Of a stretch of DNA of 64,000 nt, positions 1 through 9,878 are shown one piece after another (positions within the stretch are counted from its first letter, which is position 1; each line of letters begins with the position of its first letter). Made by a program: the position numbers and the translations under genes. The DNA is taken from positions 101,909-165,908 of the forward strand of contig CAVYWA010000011.1 of the NCBI GenBank assembly GCA_963772165.1, given 5' to 3'. The notes beneath the pieces were generated by a model. That model was not told where the DNA came from. It was given only the letters and a program-made list of their open reading frames with translations, and did no database searches. The stretch comes from an uncultured Bacteroidota bacterium (GTDB lineage: Bacteria > Bacteroidota > Ignavibacteria > UBA10030 > UBA8401).

Positions 1-1
1 T

Positions 2-1129
2 GAGCGGCTGAACAATACAACGGGAAAAATACTGAAGCTTGAGCTGAAAAAAGTCCGCTACCTTCGGAGCCTCAGCTTCATTCAAGGCTCCTCGGTGAAT
101 TTTTTGCGGACATCAATTCTTTTCCTGATGCTGTACCTTATCTACGCACAGCAAATTACCTTTGGCCAGTTTTTTTCGTTGTGGATCTATTCGTTCTTCA
201 TCTTCGGGCCTTTGCAAGAATTGGGAAACGTCATTAACATTTATCGCGAGGCGGAGGTTTCGCTCAATAATTTTGAAGCGATCTTGAACACGCCGAAGGA
301 ACCGACGCCGGCAAATCCTGTTTTCGTTACGGCCATCAAGACGCTCGAATTCAAGAATGTCAGTTTCAAACATCAAACCGCAACGGCGAATGCCTTGAAT
401 GGAATTTCATTTAACACAAAACTTGGCGAAACGGTCGCTTTTGTCGGTCCATCCGGTTCGGGGAAAACCACGCTGGTGAAACTCTTGGTGGGCTTGTACA
501 CGCCTCAGTCGGGACAGATTCTCTATAATGGTCATAAAAGTACAGATGTAGAGTTAAACCAATTGCGGGAGAGAATCGGTTTTGTCACTCAGGATACGCA
601 GCTTTTTTCCGGCACGATCAGGGAAAACCTTCTCTTCGTGCACCCCAAAGCCGGCGATGCCGAGTGTATGGAGGTGCTTCACCAGGCTGCCTGTCAAAGT
701 TTGCTGGCAAGAGCGGATAAGGGGCTGGACACGATGATCGGCGAAGGGGGAGTGAAAGTTTCGGGTGGAGAAAAGCAGCGGCTTTCGATAGCGCGGGCGT
801 TGCTGCGCCGGCCCGACCTGCTGGTGTTCGATGAAGCGACTTCGTCGCTCGATTCGTTGACCGAAGAAGAAATCACTTCGACTATTCGCGACATCTCGAC
901 GAGAAAGGATCTCATCACGATTCTCATTGCCCATCGCCTTTCAACGATCATGCATGCCGATAAGATTTTTGTATTGGAGAAAGGGCATATCGTCGAGTCG
1001 GGAAGGCACCATGACCTCCTTGAGCTGAAAGGGTTGTACTACGCGATGTGGAGGCAGCAAATCGGCGAGCGTGAAGACGGTACGACGCGCGTTGCTTTGA
1101 GCGCAGCGAAAAATATCACGAGGAATTGA
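2..1129 (+). CDS. ABC transporter ATP-binding/permease protein, C-terminal part (gene continues upstream of the window)
   Basis: The frame is open from nt 2 with no stop. Tail of a TM domain followed by an NBD: Walker A GPSGSGKTT, ABC signature LSGGEKQRLSIARALL, Walker B LLVFDEATSSLD, H-loop IAHRLST. Confidence 0.85.
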   Translation, partial: ERLNNTTGKILKLELKKVRYLRSLSFIQGSSVNFLRTSILFLMLYLIYAQQITFGQFFSLWIYSFFIFGPLQELGNVINIYREAEVSLNNFEAILNTPKEPTPANPVFVTAIKTLEFKNVSFKHQTATANALNGISFNTKLGETVAFVGPSGSGKTTLVKLLVGLYTPQSGQILYNGHKSTDVELNQLRERIGFVTQDTQLFSGTIRENLLFVHPKAGDAECMEVLHQAACQSLLARADKGLDTMIGEGGVKVSGGEKQRLSIARALLRRPDLLVFDEATSSLDSLTEEEITSTIRDISTRKDLITILIAHRLSTIMHADKIFVLEKGHIVESGRHHDLLELKGLYYAMWRQQIGEREDGTTRVALSAAKNITRN

Positions 1130-1250
1130 ACATGTCGACGTCGAAATGCTGATTGGCTCTCGAGTTGATGTAATCTGTTGTGCACGCCGGGATCAGGAAA
1201 AGGAGAACAACATCTTTTAATGATGTTTATTCCAGTCAAAGGTATCAAAA

Positions 1251-2135
1251 TTGATCGGTGAGTTGAGCGCACTATTAACGGCTTGTGTTTGGTCTGTTAG
1301 TTCCATGATGTTTGCGGGAGCAATTCGCAGGATCGGCTCGGTGCAGGTCAATGTCGTCCGGCTGTTCATTGCAGCAGTCCTCCTCATTGTAACGATCCTT
1401 GCCGCGAACCTGAGCATTCGCCTTTCGTTCGGTCAGTTTGCTTACCTTAGCATCAGCGGCTGTATCGGGTTGGTGTTTGGCGACACGTTTCTTTTTAAAT
1501 CTTTTCACGTAAATGGAGCTCGCATCAGCATGCTGATCATGTCGCTTGCTCCTGCGATCAGCGCGATTCTCGCATACATCATCTTGGGGGAAATGCTTTC
1601 CGCATGGGGAATCATCGGCATCGTTGTCACGACGGCGGGAATTGCGCTTGTCGTCGTATCGAACCAGCAAAGCGAACAAACAAAAGTAAAGCTGACGCGG
1701 AACGGCTTGCTCTATGGATTCCTCGGCGCGCTTGGCCAGGGAGCCGGTTTGGTTTTTGCACGGCTGGCGTTTGTTGAAGGGGATATTAACGGTTTCGTTG
1801 CTACGTTTGTCAGGATTGCAGCATCGCTCGTTGTTCTTCTTCCGCTTACGCTCATGACAGGCCGCATCAAAGATCCTGTCGGGGTATTCTCAAGAGACAA
1901 GCGGGCGTTGATGCTGACCATCGGAGGGGCAATATTCGGGCCGTATCTGGGAATTACGTTCAGCCTTATTGCGATCATGTACACCAAAGTGGGCATCGCC
2001 GCGACGCTTATCGCAACTGTCCCGATTCTTATGCTCCCTCTGGTCCGGGTCGTCTACAAGGAACGGCTTTCATGGCATGCAATCGCGGGGGCATGTGTGG
2101 CAGTCGGAGGCGTTGCAATTCTCTTTTTGCGATGA
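1251..2135 (+). CDS. EamA/DMT family transporter (about 10 TM)
   Basis: 294-aa polytopic hydrophobic protein with the two-repeat EamA-like architecture. TTG start is uncertain; an in-frame ATG lies 19 codons downstream. Confidence 0.65.
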   Translation: MIGELSALLTACVWSVSSMMFAGAIRRIGSVQVNVVRLFIAAVLLIVTILAANLSIRLSFGQFAYLSISGCIGLVFGDTFLFKSFHVNGARISMLIMSLAPAISAILAYIILGEMLSAWGIIGIVVTTAGIALVVVSNQQSEQTKVKLTRNGLLYGFLGALGQGAGLVFARLAFVEGDINGFVATFVRIAASLVVLLPLTLMTGRIKDPVGVFSRDKRALMLTIGGAIFGPYLGITFSLIAIMYTKVGIAATLIATVPILMLPLVRVVYKERLSWHAIAGACVAVGGVAILFLR

Positions 2136-2174
2136 GCGAAGTAAGGTGCCGGGTCCGATATTGGGTGCTGGCTC

Positions 2175-2278
2175 AATTTGTCATTCCCGCAAAAGCGGGA
2201 ATCCAAATAATTCTTTTTTGCTCCATAATGGATGCCCACTTTCGTGGGCATGACAATTTCTTACTCAAATTGAGCCAC
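2175..2278. repeat. MITE/REP-like intergenic element, copy A (tandem hairpins attcccgcAAAAgcgggaat and atgcccaCTTTCGtgggcat)
   Basis: About 100 bp that reappears in inverted orientation at 12358-12482, with a shared core AATTTGTCATTCC...GAATCCA...ATGGATGCCCRCTTTCGYGGRCATGACA. Its ends resemble short inverted repeats (tgtcat/atgaca). Confidence 0.55.
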
Positions 2279-2433
2279 TACTCAATATTGCATTTCGATA
2301 AACTAATCCATACTTTTGCCACCAAGAATATGGCGGGAAAAAGTCTGAAAGTATTCGTGAGGGTATTCTGAACAAAAAAGTACTTATTATCGATGACGAA
2401 GATTTTCTGCGGAGCTTTTATTCACATTACTTT

Positions 2434-2754
2434 GTGAAGAAAGGCTTTACCGTGCTCGAGGCTGACAACGGGCTTGACGGATTGGCCGTTGCCGAAGCGG
2501 AGAAGCCCGAGCTTATCCTTCTTGACCTCATCATGCCCGGGATGCACGGCTTCGCGGTGTGCAAGCAGCTCCGAGAAAATCCGGCGTTTGGCAAGACGAC
2601 GATCATTATTACATCTTCAAAATCATACAAACCGGATATCGATAAAGCACTTGAGCTGGGTGCCGATGCGTATGTGATCAAACCGGTCGAGTTTGACGAG
2701 CTGTTCCAAATTGCGAGTGAGAAAATGTCCTTACGCTTAGGGGAGAAACCGTGA
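2434..2754 (+). CDS. stand-alone response regulator receiver domain (CheY-like); the true N-terminus lies upstream (about 2365) without a canonical start codon
   Basis: The same frame upstream encodes KKVLIIDDEDFLRSFY, the acidic-pocket motif of receiver domains. The phosphoacceptor region (LILLDLIMPGM) and T/K region follow. There is no ATG/GTG/TTG between the in-frame stop at 2299 and 2434. Confidence 0.7.
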   Translation: MKKGFTVLEADNGLDGLAVAEAEKPELILLDLIMPGMHGFAVCKQLRENPAFGKTTIIITSSKSYKPDIDKALELGADAYVIKPVEFDELFQIASEKMSLRLGEKP

Positions 2755-3629
2755 ACGTTCGATTTTGGGGAACGCGCGGGTCGATTGCTACGCCCGGACC
2801 GGCAACTCTCAAGTACGGCGGAAATACATCGTGTGTCGAAGTTCGGGCGAAAGGCCATATCCTGGTTTTTGACGCCGGAACCGGGATTCACAATCTCGGA
2901 ATTCAACTCCAAAAAGAATTTCCTTCCCAACCGATCACCGTTCATATTTTCGTCAGCCACACACATTGGGACCACATTCAGGGATTCCCATTTTTCCTTC
3001 CTGCCTACGGAAGACAAAACAAAATTATCATTTATGGGCCGCCGGGAAGAGACAAATCGCTCCATCAGATTATGCGGATGCAGATGGATTCCGATTATTT
3101 TCCCGTTGCCATCGGCGATATGAATCCGAACATCGAGATCGTCGAAGTAGAGACTCCCATCACGATCGATGGTGTTTCCATCACCCATTTTTATTTGAAC
3201 CATCCCGCGATGTCGCTTGCGTATCGGGTCTCCGATGGGACTCGCAGCGTTGTCTACGCGACTGACAACGAGCCGTACCAATACACCCTGCCGGCACAGC
3301 AAAGAGTGACTCGCCCTACGGGTTTTCCTGAATACCTGGATGACAAGCTTATCGAATTCTTGCACGGGGCCGATTTGTACATCGGCGAGGCGCAATACAC
3401 GCTTGAAGAATACAAAACAAAGCTGGGATGGGGGCACTCACCGATCGAATCGATCGTCGAGTTTGCGGTGAAGGCAAAAGTGAAGAGGCTTGCCCTTTTT
3501 CACCACGACCCGTACCACGACGATGCATTCGTCGACGGGATGGTGAAACATGCTCAGCAGCTTCTCGCCGAACAAAAAAGTCCAATCGAATGCTTTGGAG
3601 CAAAAGAGAAAATGGAAGTTGTCTTATAG
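2751..3629 (+). CDS. MBL-fold metallo-hydrolase
   Basis: HTHWDH (HxHxDH) metal-binding motif in a 292-aa protein. The GTG start overlaps the receiver-domain stop (GTGA), so the two are translationally coupled. Confidence 0.8.
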   Translation: MNVRFWGTRGSIATPGPATLKYGGNTSCVEVRAKGHILVFDAGTGIHNLGIQLQKEFPSQPITVHIFVSHTHWDHIQGFPFFLPAYGRQNKIIIYGPPGRDKSLHQIMRMQMDSDYFPVAIGDMNPNIEIVEVETPITIDGVSITHFYLNHPAMSLAYRVSDGTRSVVYATDNEPYQYTLPAQQRVTRPTGFPEYLDDKLIEFLHGADLYIGEAQYTLEEYKTKLGWGHSPIESIVEFAVKAKVKRLALFHHDPYHDDAFVDGMVKHAQQLLAEQKSPIECFGAKEKMEVVL

Positions 3630-3679
3630 TCCCAAAGATTTTTGCCTTGCATCATCCGGACCTCCGATCAATCCAAACG

Positions 3680-5095
3680 CTACTTCGTTACCTCTTCAAT
3701 CCACTCGCCGATAACTTTCAGCGCTTCAGGGTTTATTGTCTCTTCTATCTTGGTATATTCCATCGGTGCGCCGGTTTCCGCTTTCTGGAAAAGATGGTTC
3801 AGTCCGGGAAGGAGTTTTGCCGTGGCATTTTTATTGCCGCTCGCCTTGAAAGCGCGTTCCAATCCTTCCAGATTTTGCTCTGCCGGGACCTGCAGATCTT
3901 TGCTCCCGTCGAGTGCCAGGATCGGGCATGTCACTTTCTCCAGCGCGGGAATGGGGTCGTACGTTACGAAAAATCGAAACCACGGCGACGTCAACTGTTT
4001 GACCGCAGCATTTACTGCAACCTCGTTGATTTTGCCGGCTGTTGCTGAATCGGCCGCCATCGATTCTTTGACCGCTAAGCGGATCTCCTGCTGAAGTTTT
4101 GTGGAATCGGATTCCGTGCGTATGAGTGAAAAGAGTTTCCGATTCAGTTGAAGTTCTTTTGTGATTTCGTTCGCCGGAACCCCCATCGCCATGGAGATGA
4201 GAGAATCCTGAAGATAGAGAATCTGCTCGCCGGTAAGAGAAGGTCCGGCCATCATCACGATAAAGGCGACATCCTTCGAATCACTGGCCACCATCGGCGC
4301 GATGATTCCCCCTTCACTGTGGCCTAAGAGTCCGATCTTTTTCTCATTCACATCGCTTCTGGTTTTCAAATATTTAATACCGGCGCGCACGTCCCCGGCG
4401 AAATCTTTTGTCGTGGCCGTGCCGAAGACGCCCGTGGATTTTCCCGTCCCCCTGTCGTCGACGCGCAGAACGGCAATGCCCCTGCGTGTGAGATAGTCGG
4501 CAATAACAAGAAAAGGCTTATGGCCGAACAGCTCTTCGTCCCTGTTTTGAGGACCGGAGCCGGTGATGAGAAGAACGGCAGGGAATGGCCCACCGGATCT
4601 TGGCTTCGTAAACGTTCCGGCAAACGTGATGCCTGCATCGGTGTTTTCGTACGAAATCTCTTCTGCATCGTATGGAAACGGCGGCTTCGGTTCCTGCGGC
4701 CGTCGCAGTTCAGCCACCTCTTGACTGCGATGAAGGTCGAGAGGGAGCGATAGTCCACCTTGCTTCCACGTTCCCGAAATAGTTGAATCTCCCGGCTGCG
4801 CGATTCCCTCATATGAACCGCCGATAGCATTGATCGTAAGCGATATACTGTCCATCGTTGTCGAGACATTGTCGACGGGAATCCCTTTCGCTCCCTGGTC
4901 GGGGCTGTCTAACGCTGCCTTCATCGTACCCGTCGAATCGGTTTGAATATGAAAGACCACTCGCAATTCCATCGTTTGAATTTTCAATGTTCCCTGCCAG
5001 GTGCCGACGATATTTTTGTCTGAAGCAAAAGTTGGTTGGGTGAAAACGAAGGAGGTGAGAGCGATAAATAAAAATAATGCAGGTTTGTTTTTCAT
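3680..5095 (-). CDS. secreted alpha/beta hydrolase (S9/dienelactone-hydrolase-like)
   Basis: N-terminal signal peptide MKNKPALFLFIALTSFVFTQPTFA. Nucleophile elbow GHSEGG (GxSxG). 471 aa. Confidence 0.75.
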   Translation of the reverse strand: MKNKPALFLFIALTSFVFTQPTFASDKNIVGTWQGTLKIQTMELRVVFHIQTDSTGTMKAALDSPDQGAKGIPVDNVSTTMDSISLTINAIGGSYEGIAQPGDSTISGTWKQGGLSLPLDLHRSQEVAELRRPQEPKPPFPYDAEEISYENTDAGITFAGTFTKPRSGGPFPAVLLITGSGPQNRDEELFGHKPFLVIADYLTRRGIAVLRVDDRGTGKSTGVFGTATTKDFAGDVRAGIKYLKTRSDVNEKKIGLLGHSEGGIIAPMVASDSKDVAFIVMMAGPSLTGEQILYLQDSLISMAMGVPANEITKELQLNRKLFSLIRTESDSTKLQQEIRLAVKESMAADSATAGKINEVAVNAAVKQLTSPWFRFFVTYDPIPALEKVTCPILALDGSKDLQVPAEQNLEGLERAFKASGNKNATAKLLPGLNHLFQKAETGAPMEYTKIEETINPEALKVIGEWIEEVTK

Positions 5096-5310
5096 GGAAG
5101 CCCCTTTTTCAGATTATAGGATATCACGAACTCTGTTTTGCCTTTTCGTGGAGAGGTCATCTCACAAGCGCATTTTGTTCGCCGTAAAACTGCACCAATG
5201 TAGATTCTTTTTGTTTAGAAGGCAAGGATCAGCCTTCCATCTCCCTTCATTTTTTCGTATATTATCACTGCAATTCTCTGATTACTGATTTCTGACATAC
5301 TGTTTATGTT

Positions 5311-7318
5311 ATGCTCTCTCTCGACCACATCTCGGTGCAATTCGGCGGACGGTATTTGTTTGACGACCTTTCGCTTATGGTCGGTCCGCACGACCGCATC
5401 GGGCTTGTCGGCTCGAACGGGGCCGGTAAAACGACGCTGCTGAAAATAATTGCCGGCCTGTCACAAGCAGAAGACGGTACCAGTGAGCAAGGCGCATTAC
5501 GTCACTGCCGGATATTTGCCGCAGGACGGCGTCACCGCTGTCGGGAAGACACTCTATAAAGAGGTGGAGACGGCGTTCGAAAATATTCTTTTGGTCCAAC
5601 AGGAACTTGAAGAGGCACATCTCCTCCTCAGCACACAAGATCCGGCAAGCCGGGAATATATGGAGACGCTGGAAATCTACGGCGAGCTCCAGCATAAACT
5701 GGAAGACCTCGATGCCTTTCGGATGCAATCGAAGATCGAACGCGTGTTGATGGGGCTCGGATTTTCGGTTCCGGATTTGGAGCGTCAAACAGACGAGTTC
5801 AGCGGCGGCTGGCAGATGCGCATCGAGCTGGCGAAGCTCCTGCTCAAAGAGCCGTCGGTGTTGCTGCTGGACGAACCGACGAACCATCTCGACATCGAAT
5901 CGCTTCAATGGCTTGAAGAATACCTGCACCAATACAATGGAGCGATCATCCTTGTGTCGCACGACCGCGCCTTTCTCGATTCGATTACCGCGCGCACGTT
6001 TGCTCTCAGCCTCGGCAAAATGGAAGAGTATGCGGGAAACTACTCTTTCTATGAAAAAGAACGAGTGATCCGCAAAGAGCTGGTGATGAACGCGTACAAG
6101 AATCAACAGCAGCAGCTGAAGCAGACACAGCAGTTCGTCGACCGCTTCCGCTATAAGGCGACGAAGGCTCGACAGGTACAGAGCCGCATTAAACAAATGG
6201 AAAAAATGGACCTGATCGAAATTGAAGACGAAGAGCAGGAAATCCACTTTCATTTTCCGCCGCCGCAGCCGAGCGGGCGCGTCGTGATGGAGCTGAAAAA
6301 TCTCCAGAAGAGTTACGGTTCCCACAAAGTATTCGCCGGGTTAAACTACACCATCGAACGGGGGGACAGGATCGCGGTTGTCGGCGTGAACGGTGCGGGG
6401 AAATCGACGTTCTCAAGAATTGTGGCGGGCGTGGAACCGTTCAACGGCGGTGAGCGGGTGCCCGGCTATAATACGATTGTGTCGTACTTTGCGCAGCATC
6501 AGGCGGAAGAACTCGATATGTCCAAAGAAGTTCTCCAAATCGTCGATGAAGTCGCGACGGGAGAGGTGAGAACAAAACTTCGGACAATTCTCGGTTCATT
6601 CCTCTTTCGCGGCGACGATGTGTTTAAGAAAGTGAAGGTTCTTTCGGGCGGGGAGAAAAGCCGTCTCGCATTGTCAAAGATGCTGCTGCTCCCCTCAAAT
6701 TTTTTGATCATGGACGAACCGACAAATCATCTTGACATGCGGTCCAAGAAAGTCCTGCAAGAGGCTCTCGCAGAATTTACCGGAACATATCTCATCGTTT
6801 CGCATGACCGGGCATTTCTCGACCCTATCGTGAATAAAGTGCTGGAGTTCAGCCACGGCGGGATCCGGACGTTTCTGGGGAACGTGAGCGATTACTTGAC
6901 GAAAAAAAAGGAAGAGGCGGGGAAGAAGAATTCGGGAGACAGGAATCAGCGGTCAGGAGGGAGTAAGCGGCAGGAAGAGCCGAAAGCCAAGGGCCAGGAC
7001 CAAAGGACGAAGGAGCATACCGATCATCGTTCTGAAAAAGAAAAGAAACGAATCGAGGCTGAACGCAGGCAAGAACATTCAAAAAAAGTCCAACCGTTGA
7101 AAAAAAAGCTCACGACCGTTGAAAAGGAAATCGAGCGTTTGGAAAATCGCAAATCGGAGATTGAAGGTTTAATGGCACAGCCCGAGTTCTACAAGAACGG
7201 TGATGAAGCCAAACACATCTCGGCCGAATACAAAACCGTTCAGGGAAAGCTGAACGACAATTACTATGAATGGGATAAAGTGTCCCGGGAGATCGTCAAA
7301 ATGGAAAGCGGGAGCTGA
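5311..7318 (+). CDS. ABC-F family ATPase (Uup/EttA-like, two NBDs plus a C-terminal K/E/R-rich coiled coil); reading frame interrupted by a +1 frameshift near 5482
   Basis: NBD1 Walker [10 protein letters not shown], signature [15 protein letters not shown], Walker [15 protein letters not shown]2 has [31 protein letters not shown]. The two ORF-track pieces (5311-5559 and 5450-7318) join as ...QAEDGT|[15 protein letters not shown] when one base is removed. Confidence 0.8.
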
Positions 7319-8737
7319 TGCCCGCTCAGGGCGACATCCTTGAATTGACGATCGACTCTTCCGGATTTGAAGGGACGAGCATCGCGCGGCATGAGGGGAT
7401 GGTGGTATTCGTCGAAGGGGCAGTCGCGGGGGATGTTGTACGCGCTCGAATTCTTCGGACGAAAAAAAAACATCTCGAAGCAAAAGTCGTTGAAGTGCTT
7501 CGACCGTCGCCAAATCGCACCGCTCCGCGATGCAAATATTTCGGAACCTGTGGCGGATGCCGTTGGCAGCATGTGCAGTACGAATCGCAGCTGGCGTTCA
7601 AGCAGCAGCATGTTGTCGATGCACTTGAACGCATCGGCGGGTTCAAGGGAATCCCGTGTCCTGCCGATTATTCCTTCTAAAGAAATATATTTCTACCGGA
7701 ACAAATTGGAGTTTTCGTTCGGGGATCGGCCGTGGCTGGAAACTCCGCCCCTTTCTCCCCTTCCCTATAAGGGAGGGGACGGGGGTGAGGTTGCCCTTGG
7801 TTTCCATATCCCTCAGCGCTACGATAAAATTCTCGATATCGACGAATGCCATCTTCAATCGGAATTAAGCAACGGCATTCTGAATGCGGTAAAGAGTTTC
7901 GCCATCAAGCACTCGCTGCCGGCGTACACTTCCGAGCCTCAGTCCGGATATTTCCGGAACCTCGTTATCCGGGAAGGAAAAAATACGGGCGACGTGATGG
8001 TGAACCTCGTAACGTTCGACGACCGTCCCGGTGTCATGAAGCAGCTAACGGCAGAGCTGACGAAATCTTTCCCCGAAATTGTCACGGTGGTGAATAATAT
8101 CACCGCCAGGCTTGCGAACGTTGCCGTCGGCGAGGTTGAAAAGGTTTATTACGGTAACGGCGTCTTCACTGAAAAGATCGGCGATAATCTGTTCCACCTT
8201 TCGGCAAATTCATTCTTTCAAACAAACACGCGCCAGGCCGAAACGTTGTACGCCGTAACGAAAGAATTTGCAGACTTGAAGCCGAGCGATGTTGTCTACG
8301 ACCTGTACTGCGGCACGGGCGCAATCTCGCTGTACATTTCCAGTGCAGTGAAGCAAGTCGTCGGCATTGAACTCATCGAGAGTTCGATCTTCAACGCGCG
8401 GATGAATGCCGAGGTCAACGGAGTCCGCAACTGCGAGTTCATTGCCGGCGATTTGAAAGATTTGTTGACGAAGGACGTAGGATGGAAGGAAAAGTATGCA
8501 AGGCCCGATGTGTTGATCATCGACCCGCCGAGAAGCGGGATGCATCCCAAGGCGGTTGAAGAAATCGGCGGAATGAAAATCCCCGGAATCGTCTACGTCA
8601 GCTGCAACCCCGCGACGCTCGCCCGTGACCTGCAGCTTCTTTCCCCATTCGGCTATTCAATCGAAAAAGTCCAACCGGTTGACATGTTTCCCCATACGTA
8701 CCATATCGAGAGTGTAACAAAGCTGGCGCTGCTGTAA
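7318..8737 (+). CDS. rlmD: 23S rRNA (uracil-C5)-methyltransferase RlmD/RumA-like (TRAM + 4Fe-4S + SAM MTase); frame interrupted by a +1 frameshift near 7657
   Basis: TRAM N-terminus. Cys cluster CKYFGTCGGCRWQH. Class I MTase motifs (VYDLYCGTGAISL, IIDPPRSG). The pieces 7318-7680 and 7367-8737 join as ...GFKGIP|VLPIIPSKEIYFYRNKLEFSF. Confidence 0.75.
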
Positions 8738-8741
8738 CAAC

Positions 8742-9462
8742 TTACGGCGTAAAAGACACTCCCACGCTCCCCGAAACTCCGCTCATTGAGAATTCAATGT
8801 TAGAGGGTTGTGCGTTGACCTGATTCTCAAAATCTTCAAACTTCAACCCGCGATAAGCGATCTCGAGCTGCAGGCTGATGTTCGGTGTCAGCGGAACGGT
8901 TGTCTGCGCCGCGACACGGAACCCGTACGCAGGGCTAAAGAGCGTGTTCGAGTACCGATGTCGTCCCCCCTGCGGTTGTGAACGATCCGTTTTCCGTGAT
9001 ATACCCCAGAGCATAAATAAAATCAAGTTCCACTTGAAAGTCTGAACTCAATGTCGACAAACCGACTCCAATCGAAAGCGGATATGCGGAATATTTTTCT
9101 GTGATCTGCCCCTTCACTTTTCCGATCGGCGTCGAAGAAGTATCCGTCTCCGGGACGGAGAATGAATAGTCCCGTTCAGTCCATAAATATCCGCCGCGGA
9201 GAACGATGATTTTTGTGTCCTGGTTCGGCCGGAGTGTTAGTGCAGCCGCAAGCTCGGGCATCGATTTGATTGACTGGGCGAGACTGCCGAGTGCTTCGTT
9301 GGATGCCGCAATATGGTCGTTGATCTGGTCGGGATTCATGGCATCAACGCCGAAGCTCAGTGCAAAGCGATACTTTGGAGCAACCGCGGAGGAGTCAACA
9401 TGCTGCGCCTGTGCACAGTACGCAATGAAGAGACTCATGAGAATAAGAAGTAAACGTTTCAT
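8742..9462 (-). CDS. outer-membrane beta-barrel protein (OmpW/porin-like), split by a frameshift inside a G6 homopolymer (8965-8970)
   Basis: Signal peptide MKRLLLILMSLFIAYCAQAQ. Alternating amphipathic beta-strands. Two overlapping same-strand ORFs (8935-9462 and 8742-9026) fuse as ...FTTAGG|RHRYSNTLFSPAYGF when one G is removed. Confidence 0.6.
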
Positions 9463-9470
9463 GGCAACCC

Positions 9471-9878
9471 CTATTGTTTGAGAGCAGCGATTCGAAGAAG
9501 AGTGAAGACGTCATCCGGCCCGCCCGGAAAATGGAGTTGTTCAAGTTCAATATAGTATACGCCGGGGGGCACAGCGAAACCGTTGACGCCCTCGGCATAC
9601 CAGGTTACTTTGAAAGTGCCGGCTGGGTGCGCACCGTTATCGACAAGAGTAGCTTGTGCTTGATTGAAGCGGTCGAGAACGACTACACGGATCCATGGTG
9701 CCGGGTTGCTCGGTTCGACATACGGAACACCGTACTCTACCACCGTTGAATCGGTAAACGGGTTAGGGTAATTCTGTTTAAGCTCATAGGTCGAAGGGGG
9801 AGTGTTGGCGATTTGCTGCTCGGTGCATGAAGAAAGCAAGAGCGGGAAAAAAACAATAAAAAGAGAAAGATGTTTCAT
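9471..9878 (-). CDS. small lipoprotein consisting essentially of a T9SS C-terminal-domain-like module
   Basis: Signal/lipobox LLSSC. LKQNYPNPFTDSTVVEYGVP...TFKVTWYAEG...GVYYIEL matches the Por_Secre_tail pattern. The start is taken at MKHLSLFIV (the ORF track extends 9 codons further). Confidence 0.55.
   Translation of the reverse strand: MKHLSLFIVFFPLLLSSCTEQQIANTPPSTYELKQNYPNPFTDSTVVEYGVPYVEPSNPAPWIRVVVLDRFNQAQATLVDNGAHPAGTFKVTWYAEGVNGFAVPPGVYYIELEQLHFPGGPDDVFTLLRIAALKQ

Noticed and set aside
2427-3437. 336-aa minus-strand ORF
   Set aside because: Antisense to the receiver and MBL genes. No motifs.
5375-6325. 316-aa ORF antisense within the ABC-F gene
   Set aside because: Shadow ORF. The sense strand carries unmistakable Walker and signature motifs.
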